DNA of 64,000 nucleotides from Alphaproteobacteria bacterium (GTDB lineage Bacteria; Pseudomonadota; Alphaproteobacteria; RF32; CAG-239), in the NCBI GenBank assembly GCA_045111335.1, contig JBGUGE010000076.1, forward strand, positions 85,945-149,944. Direction: 5' to 3'. The notes under the pieces are model-generated. The model was not told the DNA's origin. It saw only the letters and a list, made by a program, of their open reading frames with translations, and did no database searches. Positions 10,615 through 19,652 of the stretch are shown one piece after another; position 1 is the stretch's first letter; each line of letters begins with the position of its first letter. The translations under genes were made by a program, and so were the position numbers.

Positions 10615-10698
10615 AAAAATTATATTAAAACACCAGCCATAAAAAGCAAGCAAAAATTTAACTCTTGCAATTTTTTGCATTTTTTATATGCTCGGGTT

Positions 10699-11259
10699 AT
10701 GATTGATAAAAACGAAAAAATTTTGCTGCTGTCGTGTTGCGCGCCATGTTCGTGTGCCTTGATTAAGACTTTGGCCGAAAAAGGCGGAAACTTTGCGGTG
10801 GTGTTTTATAATCCGAACATTCGCCCGCTTGCCGAATATCAAAAACGTCGTGATGAAAACGCGCGGGTATGTGAACTTTATGGCGTGGATTTTATTGAGT
10901 TGGAATACGATAACGAGCGTTGGTGTGCCTTAACTCAAGGTTTGGAAAATGAACCGGAGCGCGGCCGGCGTTGTTCGATTTGTTTTGAAATGCGGCTCAA
11001 ACGGGTGATGGATTATGCACGCGCAAACGGGTTTACGGCGGTGGCCTCGGTTTTGGGAGTATCCCGTTGGAAGAATTTGGCTCAGGTTAATGCGGCGGCG
11101 TATAAGGCGTCGGACGCAACCGGTGTGCCGTATATGGAAATCGAAGGGCGCAAACACGGAATGCAGGAACTCCGTGCCGCCCTCATCAAAGAATTAAATT
11201 TATACAATCAAATTTATTGCGGCTGCAAACCGCCGCTTCAGCAACAGGAGGAAAAATAA
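10699..11259 (+). CDS. queH: Epoxyqueuosine reductase QueH (DUF208 family)
   Basis: LLLSCCAPCS near the N-terminus, RCSICF, and a C-terminal YCGC, as in QueH/DUF208. The ATG at 10699 is preferred over the TTG at 10675. Confidence 0.8.
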   Translation: MIDKNEKILLLSCCAPCSCALIKTLAEKGGNFAVVFYNPNIRPLAEYQKRRDENARVCELYGVDFIELEYDNERWCALTQGLENEPERGRRCSICFEMRLKRVMDYARANGFTAVASVLGVSRWKNLAQVNAAAYKASDATGVPYMEIEGRKHGMQELRAALIKELNLYNQIYCGCKPPLQQQEEK

Positions 11260-12239
11260 TGCAAAAAATTATTCCGCAAAAATTGCAAAAAGGCGATAAA
11301 ATTATGGTTATCGCGCCATCACGCGGCTTAAAACTCATCGGACAGGATTGTCGCGAGATTGCGATTAAGCGCTTTAACGAAATGGGACTGACGGTTGAAT
11401 TTGCCCCGAATACCACCGACGAAAACTGGAATATGCAGGGTTGCGGTGCGATTGAACAACGTGCCGCCGACATTATGACCGCGTTCAAAGATAAGTCGGT
11501 TAAGGCGATTTTTACGGTTATCGGCGGCTTTAATTCCAATCAGATTTTGGCGCATTTGGATTATGATATAATTAAAGCTAATCCGAAAATTATTTGCGGT
11601 TTTTCCGATATTACCGCGCTGTTGGCGGCGATTACCTCGTGCACCGGTTTGGAAACTTATTACGGTCCGCATTTCAGTTCCATCGGCATGAAAAAAGGCT
11701 GTGAATACACGCTCGATTATTTGCAAAAGATGCTGTTTGCCGATACTCCGGTTGAGGTCAAACCGTCATCTGAATGGAGCGATGATTTGTGGTTTTTGGA
11801 TCAGGAAAAGCGTGAATTTATCAAAAACGAGGGCTTTTGGAATATCCGCAACGGCAGTGCCAAGGGGACGATTGTCGGCGGTAATCTTTGCACTTTCAAT
11901 CTGCTTTTAGGTACGCCGTATAGACCGGAATTTCCTCCGGATACAATTTTGATGATTGAAGATGCCTGTGATACCAGTGATGTGGTGTTTGATCGCAATT
12001 TGCAGGCATTGTGTCATCAGTCGGATTTCAAAAACGTTAAGGGATTGGTTATCGGACGTTTTCAAAAAGGCTCGAAGATGTCGCGCGAGATGCTTGAATT
12101 TATTATCAATAACAAGTCGGAACTTAAAGATATTCCGGTGCTGGCCAATGTTGATTACGGACATTCAACGCCGATTATCACCATTCCTCTCGGCGGTACC
12201 GCGACCATGGAAAACGGCAAATTGATAATTGAAAAATAA
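11259..12239 (+). CDS. ldcA: LD-carboxypeptidase (peptidase S66, LdcA-like)
   Basis: CGFSDITAL (nucleophile Ser context) and VDYGHSTP (His context). A GGAGG RBS precedes the ATG at 11259, which overlaps the queH stop (TAATG). Confidence 0.8.
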   Translation: MQKIIPQKLQKGDKIMVIAPSRGLKLIGQDCREIAIKRFNEMGLTVEFAPNTTDENWNMQGCGAIEQRAADIMTAFKDKSVKAIFTVIGGFNSNQILAHLDYDIIKANPKIICGFSDITALLAAITSCTGLETYYGPHFSSIGMKKGCEYTLDYLQKMLFADTPVEVKPSSEWSDDLWFLDQEKREFIKNEGFWNIRNGSAKGTIVGGNLCTFNLLLGTPYRPEFPPDTILMIEDACDTSDVVFDRNLQALCHQSDFKNVKGLVIGRFQKGSKMSREMLEFIINNKSELKDIPVLANVDYGHSTPIITIPLGGTATMENGKLIIEK

Positions 12240-12259
12240 TACTGCCTAAAAAAGAAAAA

Positions 12260-12289
12260 CGCGCCACCGTAAAGATGGCGCGCTTTTTT
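12260..12289. terminator. Bidirectional intrinsic terminator between convergent ldcA and the secreted-protein gene
   Basis: CGCGCCA-ccgtaaaga-TGGCGCG stem-loop, flanked by an A-run upstream and a T6 run downstream. Confidence 0.6.
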
Positions 12290-12295
12290 ATCGGG

Positions 12296-13279
12296 TTATT
12301 TATGACCGCAGACGGTGTGCGAGCGGGCTAAGTTGGTGGCTACCGTGAAATTGACGCCGGCCGACTGTCCGCGCGGTTTGTTATATTCTACCGAGAACTG
12401 CAATTCGCCTTTGCCGATACCCCCGCGTACCGAGATGTCTTTGTTTTGGTTAATGACCGTTTCGGCTATGGTTTTCCAACCGCGTTTCAGGTCATGCCAT
12501 GCGCGAATTCCTAAGTTGCCGTAGTGTTGCTTGGTGTCGTAGTGCCCGTAAATTTTACCGCCGTAAGCGCGACTGCGTAAACCTAACGAACCGAGCAACA
12601 AATTGCGCTCGCTGCCGGTTCTGACGGCGCCGGTCATATCTAATTTAACACCGGTTTTTTCGAGCAAAGTTACTCCGAATTTGGCCCAAAAATCGGCACA
12701 TTTCGGATTAGGAATAACGTAGAAACCGTCACCGTTACTGCCGATAATACCGAGCTCAACAAACTGATTGTTTTTCTCATAACCGAATGCAATACGCTGT
12801 GAGGCATGCCCCAACAGTCCGATATCATTTGAATCGGCAAAATAATAAAGATGGTTATCAAAAACATTACCGCCTTCGGTGGCTTCGCGTCCGGCCTTAA
12901 AGGTCAGGGTGCCGCCGTTGCCGAGGCGCTTACCCAATTCGGCCATAAATTTAATGGTAATGGCTGACCAGGATTCGTTACTGTAAATAAGGCCTTCCAT
13001 GCCGGAAAGTTGCGCGTAGTCGCCGCGTTTGTTGGTTGCTCTTGCTGAAAAAGACGGAGCAAAATCGTTATAAAAAGTGGTTCTTTCTTTTTCAATGGTC
13101 AGGCCGGCAATATCTTGTGCGCAGATGGTCAGAGCCAAATTGTCCGCATTATCGGCTTCCGGTTGAGCGGATTTTTGCTCCTGGGCTGCCGCGGTGGTTG
13201 CGGTTAAAAGCAAAGTGTTTACAATAAAGTTGCGGATGTTAAAACGATCCATTACGTTGTTTAATTTAGAATTTTCCAT
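12296..13279 (-). CDS. Secreted/outer-membrane protein of unknown function, paralog 1
   Basis: AGGAG RBS. Signal peptide (NFIVNTLLLTATTAAAQ). Long blocks are shared with the next gene (for example FKAGRE-TEG, ELGIIG-NG-GFYVIPNPK-ADFWAK-G-TLL-K-G-KLDM-GA-R, LQFSVEY). No internal TM helices. Confidence 0.7.
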   Translation of the reverse strand: MENSKLNNVMDRFNIRNFIVNTLLLTATTAAAQEQKSAQPEADNADNLALTICAQDIAGLTIEKERTTFYNDFAPSFSARATNKRGDYAQLSGMEGLIYSNESWSAITIKFMAELGKRLGNGGTLTFKAGREATEGGNVFDNHLYYFADSNDIGLLGHASQRIAFGYEKNNQFVELGIIGSNGDGFYVIPNPKCADFWAKFGVTLLEKTGVKLDMTGAVRTGSERNLLLGSLGLRSRAYGGKIYGHYDTKQHYGNLGIRAWHDLKRGWKTIAETVINQNKDISVRGGIGKGELQFSVEYNKPRGQSAGVNFTVATNLARSHTVCGHK

Positions 13280-13318
13280 TTGTTTTCTCCTATTGAAATT
13301 GTACAGTTGTTAAAAGAG

Positions 13319-14317
13319 TTATTTATGGAAGCCGGCAATGCGCGAACGCGCCAGACTTGCGGCTACCGTCAAATTTACATAATCCGGTTTTTGATTGGGA
13401 TTTCCGTATTCTACCGAGAATTGCAGACCCGATTTGGTGGCACCGCTGCGGATATAGATATCGCGATTTTGGTTGAAAACCGTTTCGGTAATCGTCCGCC
13501 AACCGTTCTTAAAATCTTTCCACGCTCGCAAGCCCAAATTACCTTTATGCTCGCCGAAATCGTAATTACCTAAAAGTCTGGCTCCGTATCCCGAATTTGT
13601 CGAGATACCGATAGAGTTTAACAGTTGTTTATGCTTGCGGCCGTAGCGCATCGCACCGCTCATATCAAGTTTGGTGCCGCTTTTATTCAGCAGTGTCAAA
13701 CCGCTTTTAGCCCAGAAATCGGCCTTTTTCGGATTAGGTATAACATAGAAACCTTCACCGTTTTTGCCGATGATACCGAGCTCAATAAAACTGGTGCCCT
13801 TTTGATAGCCGAAAACCATGCGTTCCGCGCTGTTTGCCATTTGATAGGCATCGCGTGAATCAGCATAGTATTCGAGGGCATGGTCAAATAAGGCAGCGCC
13901 TTCGGTCTTTTCACGGCCGGCCTTAAAAACAACCGTGCCTCCGTTGCCGATTAAGTGGCCGAGTTCAAGCATAAATTTGGAAGTAATCGGGGTAAAGTTT
14001 TTATCTTCTAAAATTAAGACTTCCATAGCCTTAAGTTGCGCATAATCCCCGTTGCTGTTTTGCGCCCGCGCTGTTACGTTGGGTCTCAAATCATTATAGA
14101 ATACCGTTTTTTCTTCTTGTAATGTCAGCGCGGAAATATTTTCCGCTCCGAGCGTTAAGGTAAGTTGATCCTTATGCACTTCGGAATTTGTTTGCGGAAT
14201 TTTTTGTCCCTGTGCGTAGGCCGCAGTTGTTGCGGTCAGAAGTAATGTTTTCAAAATAAGTTTACATACATCAAAATGTTTCGTCTTCTGCTTACAGGGG
14301 TGGGGGTCATCACTCAT
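13319..14317 (-). CDS. Secreted/outer-membrane protein of unknown function, paralog 2
   Basis: AGGAGG RBS. N-terminal MSDDPHPC followed by a signal peptide (LILKTLLLTATTAAYAQ). Clear paralog of 12296-13279. Confidence 0.7.
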   Translation of the reverse strand: MSDDPHPCKQKTKHFDVCKLILKTLLLTATTAAYAQGQKIPQTNSEVHKDQLTLTLGAENISALTLQEEKTVFYNDLRPNVTARAQNSNGDYAQLKAMEVLILEDKNFTPITSKFMLELGHLIGNGGTVVFKAGREKTEGAALFDHALEYYADSRDAYQMANSAERMVFGYQKGTSFIELGIIGKNGEGFYVIPNPKKADFWAKSGLTLLNKSGTKLDMSGAMRYGRKHKQLLNSIGISTNSGYGARLLGNYDFGEHKGNLGLRAWKDFKNGWRTITETVFNQNRDIYIRSGATKSGLQFSVEYGNPNQKPDYVNLTVAASLARSRIAGFHK

Positions 14318-14418
14318 TTTTTCCTCCTATATTGAATGATAGAGTTAATCCAAAGAAATAATCCGTATCTTAATCAGTAGTAGTTCATTATCGGCATATT
14401 ACCGTCTGAACGCGATTT

Positions 14419-14724
14419 TCAAATCAACGAAAATCGACGCGCCAAAAATCTTGTTTTTTCGGCAGGTGTGCGTAACCCTTGCGCCGATTTTTGCGGCACA
14501 AGCAAATACGGACTCAAACCGTTAAAAAAGACTGTTCGGATTTGATTAAGATTTAATGCGGCTATATTTTCCGCGCAAAGAATTAAATTCGATGAATAAA
14601 CTTCATCATCAGAAGTAATATGCGGAACATTTCGTTCCTGTATTTCAACCGCCGCAGCGGTCATCGTCAAAAAATTACGAATGTGGCTCGTCACCTTCAT
14701 ACAGGGGTGGGGGTCATCACTCAT
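14419..14724 (-). pseudogene. Truncated third copy of the secreted-protein family (N-terminal ~75 aa alignable, then divergent with an early stop)
   Basis: It shares a 24-nt block with paralog 2 (the first 8 codons, MSDDPHPC, 14701-14724 vs 14294-14317). It also aligns in LILCAENIAALNLNQIRTVFFNGL vs LTLGAENISALTLQEEKTVFYNDL. The ORF ends after 101 aa. Confidence 0.5.
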
Positions 14725-14878
14725 TATTTGCCTCCATAGTTGTTAATGACAAGGTCAGTATAAATTATTTCTTCTAATTTGTCAATATATATCCGAAAAA
14801 TATTTTTTTGTCATAAATAATTCATCAAAAAACAGAACAAAATCAAATGATTAGATGATAATGAAATTTTGTGAATAA

Positions 14879-16876
14879 CTAAGATAATTGAGTCTTATAA
14901 AGCGCAGCATATTCACCGTCTTTGGCCAACAGTTCTTCGTGAGTGCCGCGTTCTACGACCTCGCCGTTGTTAATTACCGCAATACAGTCGGCGTTGCGTA
15001 CGGTAGACAAGCGGTGAGCTATAACCAACACCGTTCGGTCTTTCATCAGGTTATCAATAGCTTGCTGTACAATTTTTTCGGATTTGTTGTCAAGCGCCGA
15101 GGTTGCCTCATCCAAAATCAGAATCGGCGCGTTTTTCACAAAGGCTCGGGCTATGGCGATTCTTTGCTTTTGGCCGCCGGAAACCAACACCCCTCGTTCA
15201 CCGATTTGCGTATCCAATCCCATGTCGAGCGAGGCAATAAATTCATCCAAACAGGCGGCTTTAATCACTTCACTCAGGCGTTCATCCGATATATCGGTAC
15301 GACCGAGCAAGATATTCTCGCGGATAGTGCCGCCGAACAAGAAATTATCTTGGAAAACCATACTTATATTATCACGCAAACTGTCCAATTTTATTTTGCG
15401 GATATCCTGTCCGTCTATGGTAATAACACCGCCGGTAACATCATAAAACCGCGGCAATAAAACGGAAATGGTGGATTTACCGCCTCCGGAATTACCAACC
15501 AATGCCATGGTTTGTCCGGACTTCAAATCAAGGTTGATATGCTTTAAGACCGGCTTATTTTTGGCATACGCAAAAGACACATCTTTATAGCAGACCTCGC
15601 CGCGACAATTTTTAAGCTCCACTGCGTCCGGATTTTCTTTTACTTTGTTTTCGTTTTTGAGCTGGCCTGCCACGCGGTCCACGGCTAACAGCGAAAATAC
15701 CACGTTGCTGGCATTGTTGCCGATGGATTTAATCGGGTTATACAACATTACAAGCGAGGTGATAAACGAGGCAAAATTACCGACGGTAATTTGTTGCGAC
15801 ACAATCAAATAGCTGCCGTACCAAATTACAAAAGCGATTCCGAACGACGAGATAACGTGCATAACCGGCGATACCACACCGGCTTTGGTGCGCATTTGTA
15901 ACACCAGTCTGAATACGCTGTTGACGTTGTCGGTAAATGTTTTTTTGCAATAATCAAACAAGTTGTATGAGGCGATAATGCGGTTGCCGCTGAAAACTTC
16001 GTTGTAGTTCTTTAATATTTTGGTGTTTACGCCGACATCTTGCGATACAATCGACATCAGTCTTTTGCGAACTTTGGTCAGCGGTAACAGCGCTCCAAAC
16101 AAAACTATTGTGGCCACAATCGCCAACTTCCATGAGTTATAAAACAACACAATTAAGAGCGAAATTGAGGAGAAAAAGCGCGTTGAAAACAAACGCATAC
16201 TGCTCAACAGTCCGCTGCAAGCCGATTCGGCATCGCTGTTAAAACGGAACAATATAGTGCCGGAATCGGTTTTATCAAAGAACGCAGCATCGCGATGCAA
16301 CAGCTTATTATACAGCTTCCGCTTTAAATCAAGGGCGATTTTGCCGCCGACCCAAGCGTTGAGATAGGTCGCCAAATAAGTGAACAGCGCTTGCAAAATA
16401 CTGAAAGCTATAATCATCAGCGGAATATACATGGTCCAACCGGTTTGTTTTTCAACCAAAACAACATCCATAAACGGTTTGAGTGACCACGCAATAACCG
16501 CATCCATAGCCCCGATGGGAATGGTAATGATAATCGCCAACAGGGCCCGTATCCAATAAGGCTTAACATAAGGCAAAATAAAAGAATAGCTTTTGAGCGC
16601 CGGCACGCTTGATATTTTGTTTGCAATTTTATGCCGCATCATATAAATCAACAGCGGCACGAACCAGCAAAACACATAAAGCCCGATAATCAAACATAAA
16701 CTGCCGATTTGGATACCGTCAGTAACAATTTCCGACGGCAGGGTTATCGGTAAGGTGTACCAAAACGAGCGACACACCGCTAAAATCGCCGCCAGACCGA
16801 TAACGAAAGTTATAAAAACAAAAGTGGCTTTCATTAGGTTTTTTCGCCTTATTTCTTCCCTCGTGACAATACTCAT
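14879..16876 (-). CDS. ABC exporter with fused permease and ATPase (MsbA-like) and an extra N-terminal two-TM extension
   Basis: 665 aa. Six-TM exporter core plus an NBD with GNSGGGKST, VSGGQKQRIAIARA and ILILDEATSALD. About 90 additional N-terminal residues contain two hydrophobic helices. Confidence 0.8.
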   Translation of the reverse strand: MSIVTREEIRRKNLMKATFVFITFVIGLAAILAVCRSFWYTLPITLPSEIVTDGIQIGSLCLIIGLYVFCWFVPLLIYMMRHKIANKISSVPALKSYSFILPYVKPYWIRALLAIIITIPIGAMDAVIAWSLKPFMDVVLVEKQTGWTMYIPLMIIAFSILQALFTYLATYLNAWVGGKIALDLKRKLYNKLLHRDAAFFDKTDSGTILFRFNSDAESACSGLLSSMRLFSTRFFSSISLLIVLFYNSWKLAIVATIVLFGALLPLTKVRKRLMSIVSQDVGVNTKILKNYNEVFSGNRIIASYNLFDYCKKTFTDNVNSVFRLVLQMRTKAGVVSPVMHVISSFGIAFVIWYGSYLIVSQQITVGNFASFITSLVMLYNPIKSIGNNASNVVFSLLAVDRVAGQLKNENKVKENPDAVELKNCRGEVCYKDVSFAYAKNKPVLKHINLDLKSGQTMALVGNSGGGKSTISVLLPRFYDVTGGVITIDGQDIRKIKLDSLRDNISMVFQDNFLFGGTIRENILLGRTDISDERLSEVIKAACLDEFIASLDMGLDTQIGERGVLVSGGQKQRIAIARAFVKNAPILILDEATSALDNKSEKIVQQAIDNLMKDRTVLVIAHRLSTVRNADCIAVINNGEVVERGTHEELLAKDGEYAALYKTQLS

Positions 16877-16990
16877 TTATGCAATATAAAATATTTTTTG
16901 CGACCTGACAATAAGAATATTAATTTTTTGCTTTTTGATAGACATTTTAGAAAATACGGCATATAATCCCAACTTAACAAGGAGGAAAAA

Positions 16991-17962
16991 ATGGGTCGCA
17001 TTAATGATGAATTCTACTCGGATATCTATATTACACCGGATAAACAGGTATTTGTGCCGGATACGCAGACCGAAAACGGCTTGCGACAGATTCATCCGGA
17101 TGATTTTGATGTTTTTTATGATTTGTTGGAACGTTCTTATACCGGGCGTTCGAGTTATTCCATCACTTATGAGGATTTTTTCTTCCGTGTGGAGCGCACG
17201 GTTTCCATGTACGGAGTTTTGTTCTGTATGCGTAAGATGCCGAAAACAGTGCCGGATTTGTCGTCACTCGGCTATCCTCCGGCATTGATTCGTTATTTGG
17301 CATCGCTCGGTAATGCTTCCGGGCTGATTTTGCTCGGCGGTGCTACCGGCTCTGGTAAAACCACTACCGTTTCGAGTTTGTTGCGCGAATATTTAATTCG
17401 CAACGGCGGATTTGCATATACAATCGAAGACCCGTTTGAAATGCCGCTCGACGGTGAGTACAAGGCTATGAACGGCTCAATCGGAATGTGCAAACAAACC
17501 CAGCCGATTAATGACGACTGGGGAGCCTCGTTGCGTTCAGCCTTGCGTTCGCGTCCGCGTTATATTTTAGTGGGCGAAATTCGTACTCCGGCAACAGCCA
17601 GCGAATGCTTGCGCGCGGCAACTTCCGGCCACTTGGTGCTTTCAACCATTCACGCCAACAACGTTGCCGATGCCATTGATGCCATCGTTAAACACGCTTC
17701 AGCAGGTGAAATGAGTGAGGAATTGGCGTTCGACTTGCTTTCGCGCGGTATTTTGGGGGTTATCCATCAACAGTTAATCGGTACCGGCAAAAAGCGTCCG
17801 GTAGTGCAGTTCCTGTTTGCTAACCCGATTACGACTCAAGGTGACCAAACCCGTAACATTATCAAAACCGGTAAGATTAACTTGGCAACCACCATCGAAA
17901 TGCAGATGACCCGTATGAGTCAGGGCCGTCCGCTGTTTGATGTTCCGGAAGGTAAAAAATAA
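16991..17962 (+). CDS. PilT/DotB-like hexameric secretion ATPase (short T2SSE-family member)
   Basis: 323 aa. AAGGAGG RBS. Walker A GATGSGKTT, Asp box TIEDPFE, Walker B YILVGEIR, His box SGHLVLSTIHAN. No N-terminal GspE-type extension and no Zn-Cys motif. Its stop lies 3 nt from the stop of the convergent pilin-like gene. Confidence 0.8.
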   Translation: MGRINDEFYSDIYITPDKQVFVPDTQTENGLRQIHPDDFDVFYDLLERSYTGRSSYSITYEDFFFRVERTVSMYGVLFCMRKMPKTVPDLSSLGYPPALIRYLASLGNASGLILLGGATGSGKTTTVSSLLREYLIRNGGFAYTIEDPFEMPLDGEYKAMNGSIGMCKQTQPINDDWGASLRSALRSRPRYILVGEIRTPATASECLRAATSGHLVLSTIHANNVADAIDAIVKHASAGEMSEELAFDLLSRGILGVIHQQLIGTGKKRPVVQFLFANPITTQGDQTRNIIKTGKINLATTIEMQMTRMSQGRPLFDVPEGKK

Positions 17963-17965
17963 GCT

Positions 17966-18517
17966 CTATTGAAAAGTCCAAATCACGGTATTGCCGGCCG
18001 CTGTGCAGATGCGGCGCGTGTCGTAGCGCTTAATCGGCAAAGGATTATCGTTATCTCCCCACACAAATTCGGTGCGTCCGCCGTCGTTGACAATGGTAAT
18101 TTTTTGCAGTCCGAGCTGCTGTTTTTTGCTTATCGGTAATTCGCTCAGGTTGATGCAGGCCGATTTGCTCAGTTTATTCAGCGCAATATCAAAACTGCCG
18201 TCATTCGGCATGGCGGTTTCGCCCTTGTCACCTTCTCCGATATGCCACGCATATTCCGATTGATTGAGCAGATCTTTATCAATCAAAGAGGCGTCTTGAG
18301 CTGTTTCGTCGGATAATTTCCAATAACTCGGCTGGTCACGATAATAATCACGGATATTATCGGCGGTTTTAAAAACGGCTGCGTGCAAATCTTTGTGCGG
18401 ATTGTGGAACAGAATATAACTCAAAGCCATAACCGCCACCGCCAGACACAACACCACAACAACGGTATTAAGGCTCTGAGGGCGAATATTTCTGAAATTT
18501 AAGTAGATCTTTTCCAT
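17966..18517 (-). CDS. Pilin-like protein occupying the PilS position (non-canonical N-terminus)
   Basis: The start at 18517 (MEKIYLNF...) lies 1 nt after the upstream gene's stop. It has a single N-terminal hydrophobic helix (LNTVVVVLCLAVAVMALSYILF) and a ~140-aa globular part with a Cys pair (SACINL ... RRICTA), as in type IV pilin D-regions. There is no G/[FMLV]xxxE prepilin cleavage motif. Confidence 0.4.
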   Translation of the reverse strand: MEKIYLNFRNIRPQSLNTVVVVLCLAVAVMALSYILFHNPHKDLHAAVFKTADNIRDYYRDQPSYWKLSDETAQDASLIDKDLLNQSEYAWHIGEGDKGETAMPNDGSFDIALNKLSKSACINLSELPISKKQQLGLQKITIVNDGGRTEFVWGDNDNPLPIKRYDTRRICTAAGNTVIWTFQ

Positions 18518-18518
18518 T

Positions 18519-19640
18519 TTACGATTTACCCATAGCACTGGTGATTTGATCTTGCATATCGAAGGTTCCGAACACCGCCCACGCGATAATACCGGATACA
18601 AACAGCATGGCCACGATGTTCATTACCTCTGCTTTTTGCTCAATCAGATATACCGATTCTTCCAGCCACTCGTTAGCCAATTTATCCAAGGCTTCTTCAA
18701 AGTTATCCAACTCGGAATAAACCTTCAAATCGGAAATAATCTGCTTGTCAGGAAATTCCTGTTTGGCCTTGGAAAGAGCTTGCCCCAAGTTATCACCGTT
18801 TTTAATGTGGAACAAAGCACCGTCAATACGGTCGCGCAAATAGCGGCTTGCATCGCGGCGCAAAGAGGTCAATGCAACCGAAACCGGTACGCCGCCCTTA
18901 ACCAATGCGGAAAGCGCTAACAACCACGTAATACCGGTAAAAATTTTATAAAGCGACCACGGCGGAATACGGTCAAATTTAACTCTGACTTTTCCGGACC
19001 AAATACCGATGGTAAAATAAATAATCAGGCCGATGGTCGGCAAAATAGCAAACGCCAATACCCAGTTTTTCTGAATCCATTCGGAAAGATTAACCAAAGA
19101 GCGCGCCGTACCGGTCCAAATCGTGTTAGGCGCGGCACTCAGCATCGGCGGCACCATGTATACACCGATGGCGTATAAAATCAATACGGCCATCATCATC
19201 AAGAACGACGGGTAGGCAATAGCACTGACAATCGGGCGAATCATACGGGTTGAACCCTCGGCCACCTTAATCAGGTTTAACAGAGCGCTTTCCAAGTCCG
19301 AAACATCACCAACCGAGAGCATCAAACGTTCACGGTCCGGCGCCCAACCTTTTAAAGCATCGGAAAACGGATGACCTTCCTGCAATGAGCGTCCCCACGA
19401 GCTGATAGCAATAGCCATCGGCTCATTCGGGTGTGCACCTTCCTCGGAAACACCGTTGTAAATCATATCAAGAGAGTTCATCAACGAAAAACGGTTACGC
19501 AACAATGCCGCCAATTTACGATAAATTTTCAACCGACCTTTGTTGGAAAAATTGCACATAAATTTGGCATACGTCAGCATCCACTTATTTGTGGTTCCCA
19601 TGGCTCGACTAAAAGCGCTTCTCTTTTTAATTTCAGGCAT
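18519..19640 (-). CDS. GspF/PilC-family inner-membrane platform protein (R64 PilR-like)
   Basis: 373 aa. Two cytoplasmic helical repeats alternate with three TM segments, the typical T2SSF architecture. Located directly downstream of the GspE-type ATPase. Confidence 0.75.
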   Translation of the reverse strand: MPEIKKRSAFSRAMGTTNKWMLTYAKFMCNFSNKGRLKIYRKLAALLRNRFSLMNSLDMIYNGVSEEGAHPNEPMAIAISSWGRSLQEGHPFSDALKGWAPDRERLMLSVGDVSDLESALLNLIKVAEGSTRMIRPIVSAIAYPSFLMMMAVLILYAIGVYMVPPMLSAAPNTIWTGTARSLVNLSEWIQKNWVLAFAILPTIGLIIYFTIGIWSGKVRVKFDRIPPWSLYKIFTGITWLLALSALVKGGVPVSVALTSLRRDASRYLRDRIDGALFHIKNGDNLGQALSKAKQEFPDKQIISDLKVYSELDNFEEALDKLANEWLEESVYLIEQKAEVMNIVAMLFVSGIIAWAVFGTFDMQDQITSAMGKS

Positions 19641-19652
19641 CTTCTCTTACTC

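Noticed and set aside
10480-10680. 66-aa minus-strand ORF with a hydrophobic N-terminus (possible small toxin)
   Set aside because: It runs straight through the helices and terminator of the structured-RNA candidate and has no RBS. An RNA element is the more economical explanation.
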